Origin: the human T2T-CHM13v2.0 reference genome, Homo sapiens
Assembly: GCF_009914755.1 (NCBI RefSeq)
Contig: NC_060926.1
Strand: one strand, 5' to 3'
DNA length: 64,000 nt
In this document: positions 35,522 through 49,234 of the stretch, in pieces
Layout: each line of letters opens with the position of its first letter
How positions within the stretch are numbered: the stretch's first letter is position 1
Translations under genes and position numbers: made by a program
The notes under the pieces: model-generated
The model's database searches: none
What the model was told of the DNA's origin: nothing
Seen by the model: only the letters and a program-made list of their open reading frames with translations

Positions 35522-37109
35522 AGAAAGAGGCACTTCTTTGTTTGAGATGGGTAGGAAGGAGCTAAAGGGCAGGTAGAATCCATTTGTTTTCTGGATCTCC
35601 TTTCATTTTTCTGAAGACATGTTTAGGAGTCAGTTAGCACTTCTGTCTTCCTATGAGCCAGTCAGTAGACCTATGTTCATGTCCTATTCCATATGTATTG
35701 ATTGAGTCCCCAACACCAGGCAGGTGCAAACCCTGGCCAAAAGGAGGGTCAAGGTGAAAGGCAATGTGGAAAGATCAAGGCAAACTCATCACCACCATGA
35801 GAAAATCACCACCTGCAAGCCACAGTGGACAACCTTTCTATTGCTATATATGACAAGAAAGAGCCACCCTTGAAACATAGGCCTAACTGACAACTGCATT
35901 CCCAGATTTAGCAAGGATTTGTACAAAAAAAAGGGGGGGGGGAATGATGATTGTCAGTCATTACTAAAATATTTAATAAGACTTTCAGTTTTCAGGAAGA
36001 CATAGCTTTTGAATAAATACATAAATCTATATGGAAAGAAATGACTACTGCCTGAAACAACTTTTTATTATCTCTCCCTCAATTAAAAAAATCCCATTTC
36101 ATTTAGAACTATTAAAGATTGGAAAATGTATTTACAATATTAAACAGGTTTCGTCTTCATCATACTCCTCTCAGCCCTAAACACAAATACATTGCTATCC
36201 TATTATAATCTTCCTATTTCATAACAAAAGAAATGATTAAGTGACTGAGAATTCTTCCTGTGGTATAGCTTTGGGTCTTACTTTTTTCCTTTGAGTTTAC
36301 GAGTTGAGCTCTTAACGGCAGGAGAGTTATTCTAGGAGGGCAACTATGTGGGAAGCAGAGCTCGAGTTAGGAAAAGGGTGAATTTGCAGTTCATACCCAT
36401 TTTACAACATTTGAATCCCTGCTGGTTTCACTGGTGTATCAAAAGATCCCATAACGTTTTATTAGCTAATTCTTAAGACTGTTATGGATTTAGTATTCTA
36501 AATATTTTCGTATCTATGCCTACTATATATCATGTGATACATAACGTAAGCATGTATTTGCACAAAGAAAGGGAGGGCTTAAGAATTAAAAGCATTTAAT
36601 GTGTTGATGGATGATGCGAACTTTGTTCTCCAAGTTTATCATCCATTTAAATCTTATTTAGAAATTAGAATGCTAAACTATCCTTGTTTGGGTAGTAAGA
36701 TACCTGATTCCCTAAGATAAGCTATTTCAGGTTAACGTACCCTACTCTTAGCTTGAGCGTTCTCCTCCAGCTCCCCTCCCACTTCTCTCCTCTTTATCCC
36801 TCCCCTTGTCCTCTCCCCTTTCTTCTAGGAACCTGTCTGAGACTTTGGTCCCTTCCCTCCCTTTCCACCATTTTCCGTATCACTTTGTACTTATACTGCA
36901 TTTTGTTTTTATGTATTTTTACACTGCATTTTATATTCCTACTTCAAATGTACCCCCTACTAGACTAATCTCTTTGAGACCAGGAATCCATATCATTAGA
37001 ACAGGGAAGGTAATTTATTTTGTTCGCAGCTACATCTCCAGTGATAAGAATATCCACAAAAACTTGGTGCTATATGTATCATGCAGACTCTAACACATAC
37101 ATATGTCTA

Positions 37110-37429
<320 letters not shown>

Positions 37430-38116
37430 ATATTTAAGGTATTTAAAAAGTAATAAAGTATTTTAAAAGTTATACACTTGGCAAAAAATGTTTAACAAAA
37501 TATATTTATCTCCCTATCTTGAGGATTACACCTGGAAAGCGTGGGTTCAAATATCGAATTTCTAACTCCTGGGTCATCAGAGCTCTTCCAGAATGGGAGA
37601 GGCTAACCTATTGCCAGTTCTTTTGCTCTCACTCTCTACCATCCCATAGCATAAAGGCTTAACATGTGTGCTTTAGAACAAGATTCCATCTGTTCTCTGC
37701 TATCCCCCGACTTTCAACCAGCTGGCACTTGGCTTCACCTTGGTTCTAGGAGTACATACATTGAGGTCACTTTCCAAACCTGCGGGGAGAGACCTGGAGA
37801 TCCCTGCATGGGCACTGGAAGTAGCCTCAGGGTTATTTGTGCAGGGATTCCAGGTGCATGGAATGTGGGGATAAAAACAACTTCCTTGAAAGAGTGTTCA
37901 GAGGATTAAATGAGATAATGTAAGAAAAGCCACAAGCACACTATGTTACTTTCTAGGAACTATGCCAGAAGGAGTTCCTCTTTGGTGTTCTAGGAGAAAG
38001 AACTAAAGAGAAATAATGAGAAGTTACAGGCGGGTAGATTTCAGAAGCATAATACAAAATGCTCTCTGATCCTTTCACTACTAATTTATGATTAAAAGAT
38101 TTAGATTCCTTTCCTA

Positions 38117-38770
<654 letters not shown>

Positions 38771-39029
38771 CTTCCTCCACAAACCTGTTTCAGGGATATT
38801 GCTGCCTAGAGGTTTTCCAGGTTTCTTTCCAACTCACAGAAGCCTTGTCTTTCTAACTAGCATTGACAGAGTCCCAGAATGAACAGAACTAGATTTGGTA
38901 TTGTACTGACCTTTGGGGATAGAAAATTTTAAATGCGAAATTAAACCGTAAAATTTTCTTCTGACCTCATATACTGTTTCTAGAGACCTCATGTATGGCT
39001 GAAGTTCTTGTTTATGACTCCTAAGTCTC

Positions 39030-39343
39030 AACCTCTGGTTCAGATCTCACTCTAGAGCTCCAGAACCTATCGATTCAATGAATCTATCTATTCAATTGCC
39101 TACCTGATGGGCACAAACTGAACATGTACAAAGTGAACTCACCAACTACCCAGGCATTCTAGCTTTTCCCTTTCCACCCTACATTCAATCAATGAGAAAG
39201 TCTCAATTTATCTCTTAAACACTAAAATCAAATCCCTCTTCTTCATTCCTTTGCCAATGCTTTAGGTCAGCTTCATCTCTTTTCAGCACAGTCTCTCAGA
39301 TTTTCATGTGCTTTTCATTCCAATTCTTTTCTGTACGTATGTA

Positions 39344-39389
<46 letters not shown>

Positions 39390-40215
39390 GCTCACTTTAA
39401 AAAAAGAAAACATAAAAACCAGTTTCCCAGGTTTTAAAATACCAGCATATTGTATTAAAATATGGAAAATACTTAAACATAAATAAAGTGACCATTATCT
39501 ATTATTATATAGCTATGACTTCTATTCAAGTCATTTTTCATGCCAAGTCTTCATTTTCCCTTGACCACTTTAATATATTTTGAATTTCTGTAGGTATTTC
39601 TATTTCATAAATTGAGAGTATATTGTATATGCTACTAACTTTATAGGAGTAACTTAGACTTTCTCATACTTTATATCTTTGTATATGCTGAACCCTTTGC
39701 TTCTAATGCTCTTCCTCACTCTACACCATTTTTTATTTCCTGGGCCATCTACACCACAGCCAAACTGCAACACTGGGCTCTCTCATTATACTATGAGGTC
39801 CCTGAGGTCGCTTATCTTTTTCCTCTGCTCTTTGTAGTTAGCATTTTTGTGTGTGTATGTGTGTCTACCAAAATCTATGAACTTGTAATAATGATGCTAC
39901 AGTGCACATTTTGTTCCACAAAATTACCTGTGATAAGTAAACATGAATCCTCTATAGCATAGCATTCATTTATTAGACTGATGAACAGTTACACATACAT
40001 ATGCATTAGAATATTTTTGGAACTTAAGAGGAGTGTTATAACTCTCTTATAATAAATCGCTAGGTAAGAATTCCTCAGCCAAATTTGGCACTTACTCTGT
40101 TGTTTGAAAACTGTTTGTTTATGTGTTAGTCTCTTTCACTACTAGGCTGTCTTTTTCATTTTATGTTCCCAGTACCTTGAACTGTATTTTACATAGAGTA
40201 TGTGCTCAATAAACA
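39030..40215 (+). mobile_element. Fragmented L2 LINE remnant
   Basis: ctagagctccagaacctat...caattgcctacctga...caaactgaacatgtacaaagtgaactca and 3' end ...catagagtatgtgctcaataaac, interrupted by other sequence. Confidence 0.5.
39347..39386. repeat. (GT)20 microsatellite
   Basis: Direct reading. Confidence 0.95.
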
Positions 40216-40548
40216 AGAAAGAAAATAATTTAAAAAAATCTAGTGACAAACAACCTGCCCTACTAAATTTTCCTCAAACATAGAAAAGTCACTATTTAGC
40301 TAAATAATACCTGTTGCTGTTTATAAATTCAGAATGATTGATATTTGCTATTAATACCTACTATGTGTATGCTTAATTTCAAGTGTACTTGATAATTATA
40401 ATATTAATTGATGTAGCCCTCACAAAATAATAAACAAGACATCATTAGAATATATTAGAAATGCTACTGAATAAGACTCTCATGTAATAAAATCACTACC
40501 AAATATCTAAGCTGTATATTTAAATATTATGTTTAAAAGTCTTATATG

Positions 40549-40848
40549 GGCTGGGTGTAGTGGTTCACACCTGTAATTCCAGTACTTTGGAAGGCCAAGG
40601 TAGGAGGATCACTTGAACCTACGAGCTAGAGACCAGTCTGGGCAACATAGTAAGACCTCATCTCTACAAAAATATTTTAAAAATTAGCCAGGTATGGTGG
40701 CGCATGCCTGCAGTCTCATTTATTCAAGAGGCTGAAGTGAGAGGATTGCTTGAGCTCAGGAGGTTGAGGCTGCAGTGAGCTGATTGTACTACTGCATTCC
40801 TGCCTGGGCGACAGAGTGAGATCCTTTTTCAAAAATAAAATAAAATAA
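40549..40848 (+). mobile_element. Alu SINE (AluJ-like)
   Basis: Full dimer, (AAAAT)n tail, TSD aaaa(gt/ac)cttatatg on both sides. Confidence 0.94.
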
Positions 40849-41544
40849 AAACCTTATATGGGTAACCACATATTAGAAACAAACATTGTAAGTAGGATTT
40901 AAAATTTGTTATAGATTAAATCACATCATTTGCATCCTATTTGTAAAACTCTATTAACAGAGCGTATACCATGACTGGTCTAAATGATATTTGATATCTA
41001 ATGGTTAGAGGGCACAGACTGATATTTAAGTAAGGTTGCACCATGGTAACTTTGATGGGTTATTTTATATTGAGGATAACCAGATATGACATTTTTAAGA
41101 AAGGTCTAGATCACTAAAGAAAATGAAAAGAATGGCTTAATTGCATCAGAGGGAACTGATCTTTAACATAACTTGGATTAAAAAAAAGATAGATATGTAT
41201 AAAGAAAGATATATAGATGGATAGCCATAAAGATAGTTTATTTTTGTTTCACCATTTTTGAGAAGAGTCATGCTATAAAGTGTTTTTCAAGAAATCTAAA
41301 GAGAGTAGTAGGTACTTCCAAAATCAGTAGTGTAGCATGCTGTTACAATGATGACATAGATTATTCATTGTGGTTGATATGTTAGGATCAGTTCTGGGTT
41401 GCTTTAGAATACAGCTTGCCGTTTTACAAGCTTGACTGTTACTGTAGATTTTCTCTTTTGTGTAAGGTGCTTAGTTAGATTAAACTGTTTGCTACAACAC
41501 TACCTCTCTTTTAAAACTGCATACCCCTTGTTTCTAATGGTGAT

Positions 41545-41846
<302 letters not shown>

Positions 41847-42141
41847 TCTAATGGTGATATTATAATGAAGATGGTATGGATGAGCAACTGCACAATAGCT
41901 TGCTTTTGGTAAGTATTTGAATGGGTAATAGAAATTGATGGTAAATATATCCCCTCCATTTTCCCAAACATAACACTAGGGATGTATGTAAGACTTGAAT
42001 CCAGAGGAAAACTAACTGTAATATTAAATAGAATTTACCAAGTAAAGCATATGTCTGTTCATATATAAATATATAAATAAAATAAGATATTAAGAAAAAT
42101 AAAACACTCTTAATTATAAAGGAAAAAGAAACACTTTCACT

Positions 42142-42373
<232 letters not shown>

Positions 42374-45300
42374 TCATTTATTCATTCTGTCAGTAAATGT
42401 GTATTGAGGGACTATTCACTATTTGCAAATAAAGCAGAGAAAAATTAAAGTGAAAGAAGAAATGCAACAGTAGCAATCTAATTACAAACTCAAAACTAGC
42501 AATTGTTAAAACATACTTGGGTTCTCTGGAACTTGAAAAGAGACCATGCATTCTAAATATTCATCTCCTAAAGAGTTTATGTTCTTCTGGGGGTTTAAAA
42601 AAATCTTCCCACAAATCTAATTACGACAGTTTTTTACTTTGCCTAATAAATTAAATCATGGCAGCATCTCCTATGCTAGCAAAGGAAATCAAACTGGAGA
42701 AAACATACTCAGTGCTGACTTCTGGCATCTAAGATTTAATGGCAACTCATGTCTTCTTAGTGCCTCTCACTTAGAAGAGATAATGCATGTGAAGATAGAC
42801 AAAATTGTAGGTTCAGTCATATCAAAATGAGATTTATGCCAAAATAGATCTGGGAATGTCAACAATTGCAGAATAAATGACAAGTTTTTGGCTTCTCAAA
42901 AAAGAAGAGTGAATTCAGTAATTATTTAACTTTTTTTTTTTTTGCTATTAGAATGTGAAGCACAATCCTTTCTTGCACATGCACATAAGGCTTTAAAATT
43001 TTTATTTTTCCTTGAGCAAGCCTTGGAAATAGAGTAAAATGCTATGTAAGTAACTCTACAGACCAATATGTATCCTAGTGTTTTTGGTCTTCTGACATAT
43101 TTTAGGCAGGATGTGACTTTTGCCATAAAAAAATAAAATTGAAGTGCCACTGACAGAATCTCAAGTAAACAAAGCATCAGCAGAAAGCACGGTGCCTCTG
43201 TGTGCTGGGATCTCCAATAGACAGTCATCTGCAAATGGACAACTTTAATTCGATTCCTGGCACCATTGGCTGTGCTGAGAATTCTCCTATCTCTTCACAC
43301 CAGGGGTTTGCTCTTTTAAGCATTGCTCCCTGAAGGGAAGGAAAAACTAGAGAGAGAGGATTTCCAATGACCCTGCACAGATGAATGAATATGTCAATGG
43401 TGAATATTGGTTCAGCTTTGAAACGGAATCCTGCCGTGGTCTTGCTTCTCCAGCCCTTCTACGCTAGTGTGAGAGTCGCCAAAGACTTGTATGAGCAGGA
43501 ATCTTTAAAAGATCAAGACAGAGAATGAGAAAGTAAAAACACAAGCAGAAAAAAGGCAAAATGCTTTTTAAAAATTAATGGTAATTTAAATGTTTGGGAA
43601 ATGCAATTCTCCAGGGACAAGTAAGAGAGTATTAACTCTTAGGTTTTAGTGGGGCTTTACATTTAAAACTTGAAGCTCAGAAAGGTAAATTCCAAAACAC
43701 TAATTGCTCACAGAGTCAATTAGTAATGTGGTGCCCATCTGACAAGTCTTAAAGAACAATTAAATACTGAATTGAGCACTAAGCACTTCAAATCCTCTTA
43801 TTCTTTTCCTTGCCAGTATTAGAATGAAAGCATACACAGGCACAAGCAAAAGGAAGAAATATCAATTCCATTTGTTTGGAAGATGAACATTTCAGTTACT
43901 AATCTTGTAACTGGGTAGATGCAAAAATTCTGCCTGAGTAACTGCAGCACACACATTTATTTTCACATGCTTTATGGTTAGTTTTCATTCAGCTATCAAT
44001 CAATCAATTACGCTGTGACATGATGTAATTTCCTAATCATACTAATATTCATGCTTTTATCACTACCCAACCTAGAGCACATACATTTCAATGAGACAGA
44101 AGTCTAATTATTTAAATATGTTAGAACATATTACATCTCCAAGGCTGTTTCCTTTATGAGTTTTTCTCCTCTAAAAAAAACATCTAATTTAATTGTAAAG
44201 AGAAAAGTATATTAAACAGCATTAAACCCCTCCAGTAAGCAAAACTGATATTTTACAGATCTCAGAAAGTATAGAATTTTTATGGATTCTCACTTAAAAT
44301 TTATGTTGTTTGCTTGTTACTAAGAATAGCAAAATAGAATTTTCGGCACAAAAAATAATTTTACATAAGGTGGACAACAAAAATATATTTAAATTTTTTT
44401 CAATGCTCTTTACCTGATAAAAGTTATTATAGTGACTACTAGAAATTGTTCTTTACCTCTCAAGTGTGGTTTTGCATTTTTCCTATGACTGGCCTAATTC
44501 TCAGAATTTTTTTACAATTAAAATTTTTCATACTTAAAAAACACAGCACATTTATTTAATCCTTTCAATGTTACCATGACAGGTTCCAGAAAAATGTTTA
44601 AATTTTTCAAGTAAGATCACTTCTCTGATGCATAGGTTGCAATATATAATTATAAGCTTTATTGTGCAGATTAAAGGCAATCCATCTTCTGTATAATATA
44701 GGTTAAACATGGCAAACAAGTTCATGTTCCCTCAGATTTTTACAGGGGAAAAAAATTCAATCAGGTACCACAATTGTCAATTTCTACAGTGCTCTGAGGC
44801 CAATAATCCACTCAAACCACGGTGATAGTGCCTCAGATACATTCTTTACCACAATATATTTGGATATACATTTCCAAAAGAGCCGTGAAAATTCCTTTAC
44901 TCTCTTCAGTGGGGAATGGACCCAGATACACTGAAACCAAATAGGAAATAGTTACATCATTAACAACAACAACAAAATCTAAAAGGCATTTTTTTAACAC
45001 GAAATCAATTATTTTTCAAATAATATTAATAAAAGTTGTCTCTTCTAAATTCCCCAAGGAAGACTAAAATTCATTAGATATTCCTTTTGTACCTTTTCCA
45101 AGTATTTTATTGCTGTTGGCCTAACATTCTAATATTTTAAGTTTCTGTAAACATAAGTAGATATATACATGAATATTTTATGCATAAAGCAGCTTAGCTT
45201 AATATGTCCTTCTTAAAGAATTGTTATTGTTATTATCATCATCTGAGTGCTACCCTTAGTGCTACAGTTATTACCCTCATGAAAAACATTTCATATGAGG

Positions 45301-46952
45301 CTGGATACCTTCATATACTTGTACATGTGTACAGGAACTGCTTCCTGCAAGAAGTATCATATTACCTTTCCAATCACTTTTAAAATAAAACACTTTTACA
45401 GAAAATTTCCAACTGGTTTATAATTAGCACATCATTATAAAATAGTAATTTTTCTAATTATGAAAAAATTAACATGTTTAATCAAGTTAGATACAGAAAA
45501 TACTGAACTGGAAAATTTCATAACATTAAACTTAAGAACATTTTCATGTTTATGTAACAAAAATAGAAGAATCAGAAGATACAGTTAATTTCTAATCATC
45601 TTCACAAAAACCCTCCTTGGTTATTTATATCATAATTTTCTTTGACCAGTACACACTCTCACTCTGCCACCGTATCTCCTTAATATATAGAGTCATGAGT
45701 GTGTGTCTACACACTTATTTCTACATTTAGGTTTCCATTTTTTTATTTATACATTTCAGCTCAGGAAACAATCATTTTTAACAATTGATTTTAAATATAA
45801 TTTACTATTTTAAGAGTCTGTACTTAAAAAGCGATTTGATTCATTTGTCTAGAAGCAGAGTTCCTTATATGAAGAATATCACCCTTTGGTCTTAGAGTTC
45901 GTTAATAAATCAAGACCTATTGACTTGAAAAAAAATTCCAACTGTGTTGATCCTAATGCTGGGTCTTTGAACTATATTTAGCTACACAAAAAACAGAGTT
46001 ACTAAATATACCTGGGCAGAATGGGAGAGTCCTCTTATACTAAAGACAAAAGGCCAAAAGAAAATCCCTCAACAGGTACTTGATCAAATATTTAGAATAA
46101 CACTGGTACCTATGAATCCTGGCCCTTTGAACCTCAAGTCTCCTAAATAGTGATAAATACCAGAGAGCCCCAAAGAGTCTCTTCCTTGTCCCTTAACAGA
46201 CTGCTTGGCATCAAGTGCTCAGTGGGCTGGAAACCCACAGCTAGCCAGGGAGGGACAGCACAGACAGAACCATGTTTACTCTGTCAGAGGCAGCTGATTA
46301 GGATGACACCAACTCTTAACATTAAACGTGCTACGCTGGGCTTTACCCAGAGGGCTTCCCGATACTTGGGGCATTCACCAATGAAGTTCACAAACTATGG
46401 TATATGTTAATAATGGAGAAGAGTAGGCCGCCATAGCTGCTTATGCAATGCATGTTAATGAAGAGCTTTCTTGCTGTGGATTTCCCTCAAATTTCATTTT
46501 AAAAAGCTAGAATTGTGCAGTTTAAACTTATATAAAGAAAAGAGAGTGTCCAGAGTAACTTAATCATCATGATTTTTGTATTTGACTTATTTCAGAGTCA
46601 GGGAATCCTAAAGGAGAATCTCAGACACCAGTGGAAAATTAAACAGCAAAAGCTCCAATTTCATATCACTGAATCACATAGCTTGAAAGGAATTTGTAGG
46701 CCATTAGTTTAGCCCCTTCATCTTACAGTTAAGGGGGCTGAAACCCAGAGTTCTTACAGATCAGGAATGGCAGAGCCAGGCTTAGGCCTCCTCTACCAAT
46801 CTAGGAAACGTTCCATTATACCACTTTGACTGCCTTACACCTTTTCAGAAAATTAAAAATTCACATACTGGAATATAATTATAATGTTAAAGATACTCCT
46901 TCAGAGGCAAATGAGTTAGAAATCCGATGCGGAAGAAGAAAATGAGATTGCA

Positions 46953-47019
46953 ATGGCAGCAAATGCCATGGCAAATGCCATGGCAGCAAATGCCCAATGG
47001 CAGCAAATACCATGGGCAG
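46953..47019. repeat. Short minisatellite, 15-bp unit ATGGCAGCAAATGCC, about 4.5 copies
   Basis: ATGGCAGCAAATGCC ATGGCAAATGCC ATGGCAGCAAATGCC ca ATGGCAGCAAATACC ATGGGCAG. Confidence 0.9.
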
Positions 47020-48632
47020 TATCCTCAAAACAATCAGATTCAGTGGGTACCAAATATTCTTCTTAGAATTATAATATGACCTGTGTTGGTAACAAATAGG
47101 GATGAGCTTAAAATTTTATTTACTGAAAATCTAGTAAAGAAGTCTGAAGTCTTGCATTTATAGAATCTACGCTCTTTAGACCACTCAAGCTCCAAAGATT
47201 TCTGACAGAATTCATGTTTATGCATTAGGATGTATTTCACTAATAAAGAATACTGTCAAACTGTCTTATTAATCTCTTATAGCATGATCATACACCAGCC
47301 TAACCTGATAGACTCATTTGGTTGTCATTTTATGTGAAATATTCCTTTTCCAATACTATAGGACATTCTGGCTTCAAACTTAGGTCACTTGGGAATGGCT
47401 GAGTCATGACTTCCCAGCATGTAAAATACCCATTGAGAGTTTATTTTCTGAAAGTACATTTACTCTCCAGCTGTTACAGTGTAGTTTCACACACTGTAAG
47501 CCTAGGCTGATGCTAACCACTAGCACCCTAGTGATTCAACGAAAGTAATGACTGCTTCCCAAAAGCTTTCAGAAATACCTGTAAACCCTGTGGGACAGTG
47601 ACAACAATGTTAGATATAGAAGTAAGGAAGTCTCCACTCTGCTAATAACTAGTGTGTTCACTTAGCACTCTGATGATCTGCTTCCTCATCTACAAAGAGT
47701 TACCTTAGCTTACCCTTAGGTTTTCTTTATATCTAAACAGTTATGCTAAGAAACTTACTCAAGGTATTACAGAAATGGGAAAGTGGGTGAGTGCTTTATG
47801 TGCCTTATCTAGGATAACCTAGAACCTATAAAACACTGTGGACTCTCAGAGGAAGGAGTATCTAATAATGTATGGCAGACTCTTCATTATGGATCCTACC
47901 AAAACTCCAAGTTTTCAAGGGCAGGTGCTGAAGATAATTCATGTTTGTATCACCAGCAGCTAAGACAGTTCTTGGTCCATGGTAGGTCCTCATTAATTGT
48001 ATGTTGGATAAAATCAGAAAATAAAATTAAGAGAATAATTTCATGTATAACAGCATCAAAAATAATAAAATGCTGAAGAATAAATCTTAAAAAATTCAGT
48101 AAAAAACATATACTCTGAAAACTACAAAATGTTATTGAAAGAAATTAAAGATCAAAATAAATGGAAAAAATATCTCATGCTCCTGGATTGAAAGACTCAA
48201 TATTGTTAAGATGGCAATAATCTTCAAATTAATGTGTAGATTCAGTGCAATCCCTATCAGAATCCCAGATTACTTATTTGTAGAAATTGATACACTGATT
48301 CTAAAATTCATACGAAATTGCCAGGGCCCAAAATAGTAAAAACAATCTTATTTAAAAAAAGCAGGAGGAGTCACAGTTCTCAATTTCAAAACTTACTACA
48401 AAGCAACAGTGATCAAGTCAGGGTGATGCTGGCATAAGGACAGACCTATAGATCAATGGAATAGAACTGAGAGTCTAGAAATAAATGCATGTTTATGGGC
48501 AACTGATTTTCTACCAGAACATGAAGACTTCAATCGAGCAAAAACAGTCTTTTCAACAAATGGTGATAGGACAAGTAGGTAGCAACATACAAAAGAACGA
48601 AGTTGGACTCCACTTTACACAATATACAAATG

Positions 48633-48930
48633 TACAGGGGTGGTAGCTGATGCTTGTAATCCCAGCATTTTGGGAGGCCAAGGCAGGTGGATAACTTGAG
48701 GTCAGGAGTTTGAGACTAGCCTGGCCAACATGGTGAAACCCCATCTCTACTAAATATACAAAAATTAGCTGGGTGTGGCAGCATGCACTTGTAGTTCTAG
48801 CTACTCAGGAGGCTGAGACAAGAGAATCGCTTGAACCTGGGAGATGGAGTGGGTAGTGAGCCAAGATCATGCCACTGCACTCTAGCCTGGGCGACAGAGC
48901 TAGACTCAGTCTCAAAAAAAAAAAAAAAAA
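48633..48930 (+). mobile_element. Alu SINE (AluS) inserted in L1
   Basis: Full dimer ending in A17. Confidence 0.93.
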
Positions 48931-48934
48931 TGAT

Positions 48935-49234
<300 letters not shown>

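Noticed and set aside
46953-47019. Repeat array considered as CRISPR-like
   Set aside because: The units are head-to-tail with no unique spacers, there are no cas genes, and the context is mammalian.
47474-47499. 9-bp inverted repeat TTACAGTGT / ACACTGTAA
   Set aside because: Short and isolated with no supporting context; one or two such stems are plausible by chance in 64 kb.
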